A stretch of DNA of 64,000 nucleotides from Aulosira sp. ZfuVER01 (GTDB lineage Bacteria > Cyanobacteriota > Cyanobacteriia > Cyanobacteriales > Nostocaceae): contig JAVRCV020000006.1 in assembly GCA_034530615.2 (NCBI GenBank), forward strand, positions 64,001-128,000, given 5' to 3'. The notes under the pieces are model-generated. The model was not told the DNA's origin, ran no database searches, and saw only the letters and a list, made by a program, of their open reading frames with translations. Below are positions 10,327 to 20,485 of the stretch, in pieces. A program made the translations under genes and the position numbers. Every line of letters starts with the position of its first letter. The stretch's first letter is position 1.

Positions 10327-12144
10327 TTACCGTCTAAAACCAATAAGCTGCAAAAACTGTGTCACAGGTTTCATTAACTTTTGCCATTGTAATTTTATGG
10401 ATATTACTCTCTTGTTGTACCAAGCTAGGTAGTCATAAGGTTGAATTTCCATTGCTTTGTCATAGGCGGTGATCGCTTCTTCATTGCATCCTAAATTAAA
10501 TAGCGCATACCCCCGGTTGAACCAAGCTTGGCGATCATCAGGTTGAAATTCCAAGGCTTTGTCATAGCTGGCGATCGCTTCTTCACTGCGTCCTAAATTA
10601 AATAGCGCATTCCCCCGGTTGTTCCAAGATAGGTGGTCATCAGGTTTAAATTCCAAGGCTTTGTTATAGGAGGCGAGCGCTTCTTCATAGCGTCCTAAAT
10701 TAAATAGCGCATTCCCCCGGTTGTTCCAAGATAGGTGGTCATCAGGTTTAAATTCCAAGGCTTTGTTATAGGAGGCGAGCGCTTCTTCATAGCGTCCTAA
10801 ATTCCGTAGCGCAATCCCCTGGTTGTTCCAAGCATCTTGGTAATCAGGTTTAAATTCCAAGGCTTTATCAAAGGATGTGAGCGCTTCTTCATAGCGTCCT
10901 AAATCATCTAGCGCATTCCCCTGGTTTAACCAAACTAGGTGGTCATCAGGTTTAAATTCCAAGGCTTGATCATAGTTGGCGAGCGCTTCTTCATAGCGTC
11001 CTAAATTCCGTAGCGCAATCCCCCGGTTTAGCCAAGCATCTTGGTCATCAGGTTTAAATTCCAAGGCTTGATCATAGTTGGCGAGCGCTTCTTCATAGCG
11101 TCCTAAATTCCGTAGCGCAATCCCCCGGTTGTACCAAGCTAGCTGGTAATCAGGTTTAAATTCCAAGGCTTTATCAAAGGATGCAATCGCTTCTTCATAG
11201 CGTCCTAAATCATCTAGCGCATTTCCCCGGTTTAACCAAGCAACTTGGTAATCAGGTTTAAATTCCAAGGCTTTGTCAAAAGAAGCGAGCGCTTCTTCAT
11301 TGCGTCCTAAATTCCCTAGCGCAATCCCTTGGTTTAACCTAGCTTCGTGGTAATCAGGTTCAATTTCCAAGGCTTTGTCATAGTTGGCGATCGCTTCTTT
11401 ATAATTCTGTCCAGCAGATTGCAATTTTCCCAAATTAATCAGTAAATCACATTGACGAGCGGGTGTTTGATGGTCTTCTGCTATTAATTCTTGAATTACT
11501 AATATTGCTTGAGTTCTTTCTTCTGGTGTTAGGTTGAGATATTTTTCGTCATCTCCATCCTGAATAATGCGTGATGACTCTTGTTCTAAGGTTTCTGAAT
11601 CTATAGGAAATTCAAATAAACCTGAACGCCAGTCAAAAAAATCAGGCGCACGTTGAAGAAAATATTTAATTGCAAATATTGGTAGCAAGAATACAAAACA
11701 AATATTAAAGTTATCCTTAAAGCGTTCTCGCTGTTGATTGAGGTTAATTAAAACAGGCGGTACACCCTTCCAACTGTATGAATAAATATCTCTACTATTC
11801 CACCCCATTAAACTTTTGCATTCTTCATATTCATAAAATGAATGTTCTAGCCCTGTAATAAATAAACAATCTATATTTTCTTTATTAGATAATTTATCAA
11901 TTATTTCGTATAAATTATCAACTGTTTGATCAAGCCGTAAAACCTCAATATTTTTATTGTTAATATCTTCTTTGACTTTGATAATTAAATCTTCACCCTC
12001 AGCCGGAGAGCAACGGATAAATAATAAGCCAAAGCCTTCTGTAAAATTCAGTGTGCGGACTAAGGCTTGATATTCTTCATCTCTTTCTGATGAGAAATCT
12101 TTATCCCAATCAATCATAGGATATGCTCGCGTTTCACTCAACAT
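10327..12144 (-). CDS. TPR repeat protein with an N-terminal degenerate P-loop/AAA-like domain
   Basis: About 10 near-identical 34-aa TPRs; N-terminal LFITGLE...LNQQRERF...APDFFDWRSG domain; alternative start at 12117. Confidence 0.85.
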   Translation of the reverse strand: MLSETRAYPMIDWDKDFSSERDEEYQALVRTLNFTEGFGLLFIRCSPAEGEDLIIKVKEDINNKNIEVLRLDQTVDNLYEIIDKLSNKENIDCLFITGLEHSFYEYEECKSLMGWNSRDIYSYSWKGVPPVLINLNQQRERFKDNFNICFVFLLPIFAIKYFLQRAPDFFDWRSGLFEFPIDSETLEQESSRIIQDGDDEKYLNLTPEERTQAILVIQELIAEDHQTPARQCDLLINLGKLQSAGQNYKEAIANYDKALEIEPDYHEARLNQGIALGNLGRNEEALASFDKALEFKPDYQVAWLNRGNALDDLGRYEEAIASFDKALEFKPDYQLAWYNRGIALRNLGRYEEALANYDQALEFKPDDQDAWLNRGIALRNLGRYEEALANYDQALEFKPDDHLVWLNQGNALDDLGRYEEALTSFDKALEFKPDYQDAWNNQGIALRNLGRYEEALASYNKALEFKPDDHLSWNNRGNALFNLGRYEEALASYNKALEFKPDDHLSWNNRGNALFNLGRSEEAIASYDKALEFQPDDRQAWFNRGYALFNLGCNEEAITAYDKAMEIQPYDYLAWYNKRVISIKLQWQKLMKPVTQFLQLIGFRR

Positions 12145-12162
12145 GCCACAGAGATAAGCTTT

Positions 12163-12774
12163 TCACCCATTGAAATCAAAACCTCTTAATATTTTCTGAT
12201 TTATAAGTTTTGCTAGTTTAGCTTCTATACTTGCATAATTATTTGATACTTCGCGAAAAATTCTTATAACATCGCTAGACTTATTTTGAATATTTTGCAT
12301 TCCACCTTGATCAACAATATATTGCAATCTCGTGAGTAGGTTTTCAATATTATCTAGCTTTCCAAATAATTCACCTGCTTCCGATGTGTCAAGTCCTGGA
12401 AGCTCATTCAGCTTTGTCAAAACCTGGTTACGTTCGATTGGTGCTTGATTTGCAAATACTACTGTAGAACTAGGAATTACAGCTGGTGCAACCGCAGCCA
12501 ACTCAGCCATTTTATCTGCTAATGCTCTTGCAATGGCCACGGATGTTTTGATTTCCGAGTATGATAAAATTAGGGACTTAAGCTGGGGAAATCCAGAGTT
12601 TACTTTATTTTCAAGAGTAACAATTTTATCTTGAAGTTCAGTCAATTTTTTATTTGTAGTAATTTTAAAAAAACCCAATGATAAAACTGCTACTGTATTA
12701 GCAGCATTTTTAATATCTTTAATTACTTCTCTCAACGAACTTAGCAATAAAATTGCATCTTTTATCTGCATCAT
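12163..12774 (-). CDS. hypothetical alpha-helical protein
   Basis: ATG at 12774 overlaps the stop of the upstream ATPase (ATGA coupling); 203 aa; AT-rich. Confidence 0.7.
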   Translation of the reverse strand: MMQIKDAILLLSSLREVIKDIKNAANTVAVLSLGFFKITTNKKLTELQDKIVTLENKVNSGFPQLKSLILSYSEIKTSVAIARALADKMAELAAVAPAVIPSSTVVFANQAPIERNQVLTKLNELPGLDTSEAGELFGKLDNIENLLTRLQYIVDQGGMQNIQNKSSDVIRIFREVSNNYASIEAKLAKLINQKILRGFDFNG

Positions 12775-14357
12775 TTCAAGCCAATCCTCAAAGCGTATAA
12801 ATCTCGGTTTAATCTCCAATATTCAGACAAAGCGATTACTCTGCTATAAATATCACTTTCTTTATTAAGAGATTTAGCAATTCTCTCTAACATTGTATAA
12901 GCAGAGTTAGCTGTATCAGCAACTTTAGCATAATCCTGTCTTTCTATATATTGTTTATATAATTTAGCAAGATCACTTAAGCCTTTAAGTATTGTATTAT
13001 CAATTTCATCAGTGTTTTCAAAAGATTTAATTAATTCTTGATAAGCTAAAGCGTCTCGAAATTCTTTAATTCCTTTAATAACGGGATGAATATTATACCA
13101 AACTTGGCTTTCTCCTTCCACATTTAAATAACGATATTCTAAAATACAGCGATTAAATAATAACCCTCGGTACAATACATCGTTTTCTATCTCTTTAGAA
13201 AGATACACAGTTGCGAGTGCTTCCCATTCATTAGCAAAAACGGTATTTCTATAAGTATTTCGTAACTCACTAATTGAACGTTGTAAAGCTCTGGTAGGAA
13301 TTGGTAGGCTGTTAGTATATTTAATTGCTTCCTTCATTAATAATAATAAATTTCGCACATGGCCTCCACTCATGAGGCATAGCATTTCTAAAGCTTCTCG
13401 CTGCTCAAACATATCTACAATAGATAAACTAGAGTCTATCAAACTCAGACGTTTTTGCAGTATTTCTATAACTTTATTAATTCCCAGTTGATATGATTGA
13501 TTATCAGGTGTTTGCACCATTATCATCGGCAATACCTGAGTATTACCATAGATATTAGCTAGGTCTGCAGCGCGATTGGAATACAGCAAGGAAATGGGTA
13601 TTGTGTACAACAAATGACAATCTAAAGCTTTGAGTTGTTCGCTACGGTCGAGAAAAATTTGTTCGTGATTTGTGCGTCCATCTTCTTGAGGTATGGGTAC
13701 AATTCGGTCTAAGTTATCAACAATTAATACAAGTTGATAATAACCTGAAGGTAAGTGCTTTTTGGCATCTTGAATAAATTCATTTAAAGCCGCAATCAAA
13801 GTAATTGTATGGGGATTGACTCGCTCACGAATTGTTTGGCGTTGAGTAGATTCTGCTCGTAAATTTGCTGTTAAATTAGCAAATTGGGAAATCTGATCTT
13901 CTATACTTAAGCTTTCTGAAGAAACTTCAGTTAATGCTAAATCTTTTAAATCTTGCCAACGGTCTTTTAACCAATTCAACAAACTAACTGGAGAAGTGTA
14001 ATCTTTTAATACTTCTACTAAGTGGCGGGTACAAGCTAACAGAATATCAGTATATTGAGCATCTTCTGGATCGATATCTTCTTCATCAGCGGCAAAATAA
14101 ACTACAAAGCAACCTTGCTCATCTAAATATTTCTGAAGACGCAGTAATTCTGTTGATTTTCCAGCACCGCGATGACCTGCATATAGTTGAGAGGTCATCC
14201 TGTCTGAATATAAAATCTCTCTTCCTACTTCTACTAATATGTCGCCATCTCCCCGCACTTCTGTACAATCCACATAAGCGGGATCTCCTGCGGGTAAGGG
14301 GCGAAATGGGTCGAAAGCATTGTATATCCGCTTTAAAAAGGCAAAATCCTGGGCCAT
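12771..14357 (-). CDS. P-loop (AAA/STAND-like) ATPase with C-terminal extension
   Basis: Walker A GHRGAGKS, Walker B LIVDNLD, SGGHVRNLL, C-terminal WYNIHP followed by about 90 extra residues. Confidence 0.85.
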   Translation of the reverse strand: MAQDFAFLKRIYNAFDPFRPLPAGDPAYVDCTEVRGDGDILVEVGREILYSDRMTSQLYAGHRGAGKSTELLRLQKYLDEQGCFVVYFAADEEDIDPEDAQYTDILLACTRHLVEVLKDYTSPVSLLNWLKDRWQDLKDLALTEVSSESLSIEDQISQFANLTANLRAESTQRQTIRERVNPHTITLIAALNEFIQDAKKHLPSGYYQLVLIVDNLDRIVPIPQEDGRTNHEQIFLDRSEQLKALDCHLLYTIPISLLYSNRAADLANIYGNTQVLPMIMVQTPDNQSYQLGINKVIEILQKRLSLIDSSLSIVDMFEQREALEMLCLMSGGHVRNLLLLMKEAIKYTNSLPIPTRALQRSISELRNTYRNTVFANEWEALATVYLSKEIENDVLYRGLLFNRCILEYRYLNVEGESQVWYNIHPVIKGIKEFRDALAYQELIKSFENTDEIDNTILKGLSDLAKLYKQYIERQDYAKVADTANSAYTMLERIAKSLNKESDIYSRVIALSEYWRLNRDLYALRIGLK

Positions 14358-14511
14358 AAATCTCAATTTCTCAGGTTAGCGCCATATTATCGCAAACTTA
14401 CAGGGATAGATAGAAAATTAAATTGTCGGGTGTGCGATCGCTTAGATTATGCCATTGTTCACATTTTACGGTGCCGTACCCTCAGGAATAACACACTCTA
14501 CTTTAAGAATG

Positions 14512-14815
14512 AAGCTCAAAGACTCATTAACGGAGTTTTGATACTCATTAACCAAGCTCAACTACTCATTAACGGAGTTCTGATACTCATTAACGGAGTT
14601 CTGAGCCTCATTAACTAAGCTCAAAGACTCGTTAACCAAGCTCAAAGACTCATTAACCAAGCTCAAAGACTCATTAACCAAGCTCAAAGACTCGTTAACC
14701 AAGCTCAAAGACTCGTTAACCAAGCTCAAAGACTCATTAACCAAGCTCAACTACTCGTTAACCAAGCTCAAAGACTCGTTAATGGAGTTCTGATACTCGT
14801 TAATTAAGTGTTAAC
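14512..14815. repeat. 21-bp-period tandem array, 14 units: ACTCRTTAAY core plus an 11-nt variable part
   Basis: Cores start at 14522, 14543, 14564 ... 14795, exactly 21 bp apart; variable part is CAAGCTCAA(AG/CT) or GGAGTTYTGA(T/G). Confidence 0.95.
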
Positions 14816-14897
14816 TTAAACCCTAGCGAATGGAATTTACGGCTATACAATCACAGTCTGGGGAAATGGACTTGGTTAGTTTTATCGGTTATTAGTT

Positions 14898-16886
14898 ATG
14901 GGACAGAATGCAAATATAGATGCAAACTTCTTCTTGGTTTGTGGACTTGGCAACCTGGGGCAGTATTGTGTATCTGTGCTGAAAGAGTTTGGAGTGAAGG
15001 TAAATGCTATTGAAGTTGCAAATATTTCTAGATGGGAAGTTCCAGACTTACCGGATTTAGTAGACAAACTAGTCATTGGTGATTGTCGCCAACCCAAAAT
15101 ATTAGAACAGGCAGGAATTCGGCAGTGTCGGGCTATTTTGATTGTAACTAGTGATGAGCGAGTAAATATTGCCGCCGCATTTGCGGCGCGATCGCTTAAT
15201 CCGCAAATTCGCTTAGTTATTCGGTCAGCACAGGAAAATCTCAATGAATTACTCAGTCACAACCTGGGTAATTTTGTGGCTTTTGAAGCTACGCAACTAC
15301 CCGCCAAAAGCTTTGCTCTCGCAGCTTTAAGCAGTGAAACCAGAGGATTTTTCACTTTAGAAAATAGTTTGCTGCGAGTAGTTAGAGTAGCTGTAGATGT
15401 TTCCCTCCGTTGGGCTACACGTTCCCAAATTCACGAAATGAATACTGCCCACCGAAGAATTTTAGCTCATGCTAGAGCTGGAAATCCTCTACCAAAGTCA
15501 TTTTATCAATGGGAACCTAACACTCAAATTTTAAGAGGAGACACTGTTGCTTATATTGAAGTAAGCGATCGCCTTGCTAATCGTACAGCACAACCTGTTA
15601 GCAGTCTTAGGCAATTTTGGGGTGCAAGGATTGCTGGGATGAGATGGTAAAATCTGCGACACCAGCTGAGTCAGTTTTGGGCAGATAGTAGCCAAACCCG
15701 TCGCGTAGCTTTGGTGGGCGGTATTTTTATGGTGAGTTGGTTTTTATGCGGGACTTTGCTGTACAAGCTGCAATATCCCAAAATCAGCTTCCAAGATGCG
15801 CTGAATGTCTCTCTAGTTTTAAGCATCGGTGGCTACGACAACTTATTTGGACAGCTACAGCTACCTTTCGAGATTCCTTGGTGGCTGCATTTATTCAGCA
15901 TCAGTCAGACTGTAGCGGGTACAGTTTTTGTGGGTATTCTGTATGCGATTATGACTGAACGTGTCTTAGCTGCTAAATTCCAGTTTTCTCGGCGGCGTTT
16001 CCCAGTACCCAAAGCAGATCATATAGTGCTAATTGGTTTAGGAAGAGTTGGTAAGGGTGTCGCCCAGCTATTGCAAGAACTTCAGCAACCTTTGGTGGGC
16101 GTTCATGCCACTGAACTGGAAACAGATATACTCTCCACAATGCCATTAATTATTGGCAATATCAAAAATGCCCTCAGTCGAGTTAATCTTGCTACTGCTA
16201 AAAGCGTTATTGTCGTCACCGATGATGAGGTAACTAACTTAGAAATTGCATTGATGACCCGTGCTAGCAATCCCACAGCTAATTTGGTAATTCGCACCGT
16301 AGACCCCCGTTTTAGCGAGAATGTCGCCCGTCTGCTACCCTATGCTAGAGTTTTGGGCGTTTATGCTTTAGCTGCTGAAGCATTTGTGGCGGCTGCGTTT
16401 GGCGAAAATGTTCTCAATCTATTTCGCCTCAACGGCCAAACGACACTAGTAACTGAATATCAAATTGAAACTGATGATACTCTCAATGGCAAATTGCTGG
16501 CTGAGATTGCTTATGGTTATGAGATTGTGCCAATTCTCCATGCCAAAGCTAGCCAATCTACTTCTAAGTTTATGCCTTCTGATGATATCAAGCTGGCTGT
16601 AGGCGATCGCCTAGTAGTTTTAGCAACTATTGAAGGATTGCAACGAGTCGAACGGGGAGCGATCGCATCTGGGCAATTACTTGTAAGAGTTGAATCTGCG
16701 CTGTCATCAGAAGCAGCCTTTGAAGGAGCAGCGGTAATTTCGCGGATTTCTGGTTGTGATATGCATCTAGCGAGAACACTGATGAGCCAACTGCCAGGAA
16801 CTTTACAGTATCCACTCTACAAGCACCAAGCTCATCGTTTGGTAAGTGAATTGAGTAAATCTCAAGTGCAGGCTCACATAATTTAG
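14898..16886 (+). pseudogene. TrkA-N/RCK-domain potassium-channel family gene interrupted by one in-frame TAA (15648-15650)
   Basis: ORFs 14898-15650 and 15711-16886 are in the same frame and the intervening codons are open; two Rossmann motifs (CGLGNLG, IGLGRVG), two TM helices and a TrkA-C domain. Confidence 0.8.
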
Positions 16887-18100
16887 CTAATCAATCCCAA
16901 CAGGTGTAAGCCAAGTCCGATCGCTCCTCCGGCTAGCACTAACCAGGCAGAATTAATTTTGAATCGGAATACTGCGATCGCACTCAAAATTGCCACGATA
17001 ATTGTTAACCAATCTACCACTGCGGCTCGTCCTAATGTGTAGGTGACACCTGCCATTAATCCTAAAGAAGCCGCGTTCACACCATCGAGAAAGCCGCTAG
17101 CCCAAGGCGATTGACGCAATTTGGGAACCCAAGGGTTAACTACCCACACCAACACGAAAGCTGGTAAGAAAATACCGATTGTACCAGCGATCGCTCCAGC
17201 ATTTCCGGCTAATAAATAGCCAATGAATGTTGCAGTAGTGAAAACAGGCCCCGGTGTAAACTGTCCAATCGCTACTGCATCTAATAATTGCTGTGAGGTT
17301 AGCCAATGGTTGCGCTCAACCAAATCCCGTTGCAGAAATGCCAGCAAAACGTAACCACTACCATAGAGAACGCAGCCAATCTTGAGAAAGAATAAAAAGA
17401 CGCTCATCCAACTGACTGATGTAATGGCGGTGGTAGTACCAACCTGTGCCAAAATCCCTGAAAAAGGTAATAAGAATGCTCCGTTTGTCTGTCCTCTAGC
17501 TTGCCAATTCTTCACTAGCATGACGGCAATACCTAGCAAAATCAGCACCAAAATTTCATTCAATCCCGCAAAATAAGCTGCGATAGCCACCACTCCTGCG
17601 ACGATTGTTGGCAAATCTTTAGCTGCCTTTTTACCCAGATTCCACACAGCTTGCAGCACGATCGCAATAATCACAGGCTTGATACCGTAAAGCAACCATC
17701 CTACCTGGGGAACTGTCTGGTAGCGAGCATAAATTGCTGCTAGCGTCCAAACAATCAGCATCGCCGGCAGAATAAAGCAACTTCCTGCAATTAGTAAGCC
17801 ACGCCATCCGCCTCGTTCGTAGCCAATGTGAATCGCTAATTCCGTTGAGTTCGGCCCTGGAATCAAATTCGTGATTCCCAGCAGATCTAGTAGTTTCTCC
17901 CGGCTCATCCACTGACGGCGATTCACCACCTCATTGTCCATCATCGCAATGTGGGCAGCAGGGCCACCAAAGGCGATCGTCCCCAGTCGCAAAAACACCT
18001 TTGCCAGTTCTGTTAATCGCTGCTGTTGCTGTCTGGGAGTCAGAGCGTTATAGGAAACAGCTTCCGGCTCTTTTGGGATACCCTCAGCTTCTTGCGTCAC
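16883..18100 (-). CDS. chrA: chromate efflux transporter (long-chain CHR)
   Basis: LGTIAFGGPAAHI, IPGPNSTE, YGSGYVL and QFTPGP motifs in two homologous halves. Confidence 0.93.
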   Translation of the reverse strand: MTQEAEGIPKEPEAVSYNALTPRQQQQRLTELAKVFLRLGTIAFGGPAAHIAMMDNEVVNRRQWMSREKLLDLLGITNLIPGPNSTELAIHIGYERGGWRGLLIAGSCFILPAMLIVWTLAAIYARYQTVPQVGWLLYGIKPVIIAIVLQAVWNLGKKAAKDLPTIVAGVVAIAAYFAGLNEILVLILLGIAVMLVKNWQARGQTNGAFLLPFSGILAQVGTTTAITSVSWMSVFLFFLKIGCVLYGSGYVLLAFLQRDLVERNHWLTSQQLLDAVAIGQFTPGPVFTTATFIGYLLAGNAGAIAGTIGIFLPAFVLVWVVNPWVPKLRQSPWASGFLDGVNAASLGLMAGVTYTLGRAAVVDWLTIIVAILSAIAVFRFKINSAWLVLAGGAIGLGLHLLGLIS

Positions 18101-18360
18101 TGCAATTCTCCTGATTCTGTCATGACTTTGACAGAACTAATAATATCGGATTCGGTATTGACAAACGTTAACGTACCAATAAGCGATCGCATCAAAACCT
18201 CTGTTCTCTTTGTATCTCCGTGGTTCTGTGATTTTTCACCATAAAAACACAAACTATTTTTAAGTTAGTCAATCACGGGAAAATCCATCTTTCCCTATTC
18301 CCTGTTCCTCGTTCCCTTACAATTGAGTATGAAACATCAAAGCTTTTAGGCGCAAAGCTG

Positions 18361-19215
18361 GTGAACTTTTTTATTGGATGTGCAGTTTGGGCATATAAAG
18401 GATGGGTGGGCGAACTCTATCCCCAAGGTACTCGCACAACTGAGTTTCTTCCCCTTTACAGTCGGCGCTTTACGACTGTTGAAGGTAATACCACTTTCTA
18501 CGCCATCCCAAATCAAGAAACTGTCACTCGTTGGGCAACAGAAACGCCCCCAGGTTTTGAATTTTGCCTGAAATTGCCGCGAGATATCACCCATCAAGGT
18601 TTGTTGCAACCTCATATTCCCGCTGCTTTAAAATTTTTAGAGAGGATGCGTCCTTTAGGTCAACGTCTTGGCCCCTTATTTGCCCAATTACCACCAAGTT
18701 ACGCACCTACATTAATCGAAGATTTAGCTACATTTCTGGAAGCTTGGCCCCACACAGAAGTACCTCTAGCTCTAGAAGTTCGGCATCAAGATTGGTTTAA
18801 AGAACCCCATGTGAGTAATTTGACAGCGCTTTTAGAAAAGCTCAATGTCGGTAGAGTACTGTTAGATTCGCGCCCTATCTATAGTGGAGACGATGACCCG
18901 CAACTACAATCAGAACGACGCAAACCTAAATTACCAGTACAATTTAGCGTTACAGCGCCTTTTAGCCTGATTCGGTTTATCTCTCATCCAAATTTATCTG
19001 TGAATCAGCCGTTTATGGAAGAGTGGGTGACGCAGATTCAGCAGTGGTTACAGGCGGGAGTGCGAATTTATTTCTTTGTACATTGTCCGATGGAAGAGCG
19101 ATCGCCTAGCACAGCCCGTCACTTCCAAAAATTACTAGAACAGCATGGTGTAGCAGTTCCGCCTCTACCTTGGAATCATCTCGATCAACCGCCTAACCAG
19201 CTGAGTTTGTGGTGA
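18361..19215 (+). CDS. DUF72 family protein
   Basis: GCAVWAYKGW, VEGNTTFYAIP, LKLPRDITH, QLPPS and LEVRH motifs. Confidence 0.9.
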   Translation: MNFFIGCAVWAYKGWVGELYPQGTRTTEFLPLYSRRFTTVEGNTTFYAIPNQETVTRWATETPPGFEFCLKLPRDITHQGLLQPHIPAALKFLERMRPLGQRLGPLFAQLPPSYAPTLIEDLATFLEAWPHTEVPLALEVRHQDWFKEPHVSNLTALLEKLNVGRVLLDSRPIYSGDDDPQLQSERRKPKLPVQFSVTAPFSLIRFISHPNLSVNQPFMEEWVTQIQQWLQAGVRIYFFVHCPMEERSPSTARHFQKLLEQHGVAVPPLPWNHLDQPPNQLSLW

Positions 19216-19593
19216 GCGTGCTTATTTGTTTGACATCTAAACCGATCGATGCTTTTGTCAAACGCCAAATATGTACCAGCTTAACTGAACATAATCTCAC
19301 TCTCAAAATTGCAACTTATATTGAGATTTTAGTAATCCAATTCATGAGTTTTTGATATTTGTAGTATATCTAATCCTTACTATTTTCAAAAAGAGCGATA
19401 ATTGTAATTGCATAGTTTTCTAGTAAGCCTCTAGGATTTTTATCTCCTAAAAAAGAGGGGGGATAGCCCTCTTTGCGGAAGGATGATTTGGAGATATATA
19501 TTTTAAATAATAACTAACAGCAATATATCGCTTGTTAGTATAGAGAGAATTGAGGCAAGCTCTCAGGGAGCAGTTACACCAAAGGAGGTTGAG

Positions 19594-20043
19594 ATGAGTC
19601 GTCTTCTTTATGAAAGCTCATTGTCATATAAAGGATATCTCATCATTCCATTTGTTTTTGGCAAAGCCGATAATTACGAAATTTATTCATATAAATTATT
19701 GGCAGAGATTGGTCATAACAGCCAATTTCACAAAGCAGAGAATCCAGCGGAAATCTATGGCAGTAATATCAGTAATATTATTGATATTGCCAAAGAACAT
19801 ATTGACCAACACTCAGACTTTGTTAGCTACGGGGATAGTTTTAAATCTCGCTATATTTACCGCCACAACTTGATTATTGTCTGCCAACAGGAGGGTAAAT
19901 ATTTTTACGACCATTACCCACCAGAGCTATTGAATAATATTGCAGCGCCAAAATTATTCAAATCAGAATATGAATGCCTGAGTTGGATTAAACAAGGGCT
20001 GGATGGGCGGCATATACGACCACAATCAATACGGTTCGGATAG
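19594..20043 (+). CDS. conserved-looking hypothetical protein
   Basis: 149-aa ORF with a strong SD (AAGGAGG); downstream hairpin at 20066-20098. Confidence 0.75.
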   Translation: MSRLLYESSLSYKGYLIIPFVFGKADNYEIYSYKLLAEIGHNSQFHKAENPAEIYGSNISNIIDIAKEHIDQHSDFVSYGDSFKSRYIYRHNLIIVCQQEGKYFYDHYPPELLNNIAAPKLFKSEYECLSWIKQGLDGRHIRPQSIRFG

Positions 20044-20065
20044 ACACTTTTCATTGAAAGCGAAG

Positions 20066-20098
20066 GAAAACTCCATCCCCCCAGTGGGTGGAGTTTTT
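20066..20098 (+). terminator. intrinsic terminator
   Basis: gaaaactcca ... tggagttttt inverted repeat with a T-run. Confidence 0.65.
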
Positions 20099-20191
20099 CA
20101 TAATTTGCCAGTCCTGGATCTCCCGATTTTTCCGTAATCGGTTAATGTAGTAAGATAGATTATTATTTGTAGTACGCAAGGAGGAAGCAAG

Positions 20192-20290
20192 ATGACTGAG
20201 TTTGTAGCAGTCCGGGTGATATTAACCATCTCAACTCAACAGACACAAGGCACAGAGATTCTTGTTCTATCCTCCGTCTTCCAGGAATGA
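20192..20290 (+). CDS. putative 32-aa leader peptide upstream of rsgA
   Basis: AAGGAGG SD 7 nt before the ATG; MTEFVAVRVILTISTQQTQGTEILVLSSVFQE; below the length range of the supplied ORF track. Confidence 0.5.
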   Translation: MTEFVAVRVILTISTQQTQGTEILVLSSVFQE

Positions 20291-20450
20291 AATCTAGAAT
20301 TACGGACACTGACCAGCCCGCAGGGCTTTTAAAATTGAGTAATACCAAATTGGGATAGATAGTATTGTTTGAGATTTTTGGAACTGTTTGATGGTAGAGA
20401 TTTTTAATCCAAAATCACGCCACTTGCTACAACACAGGGAACAGTCGCTC

Positions 20451-20485
20451 CAAAATCTAAAATCTAAAATCCAAAATCCAAAATT
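20451..20485. repeat. STRR heptamer repeat (AAAATCY)n
   Basis: caaaatctaaaatctaaaatccaaaatccaaaatt. Confidence 0.85.

Noticed and set aside
14430..14750. ORFs 14430-14618 (+) and 14562-14750 (-) as real coiled-coil proteins
   Set aside because: They are by-products of the 21-bp period; both frames are interrupted by stops within the array and lack good starts.
14512..14815. CRISPR array interpretation of the 21-bp repeats
   Set aside because: The core is only 10 nt, the 11-nt spacers are re-used rather than unique, and no cas genes are in the window.
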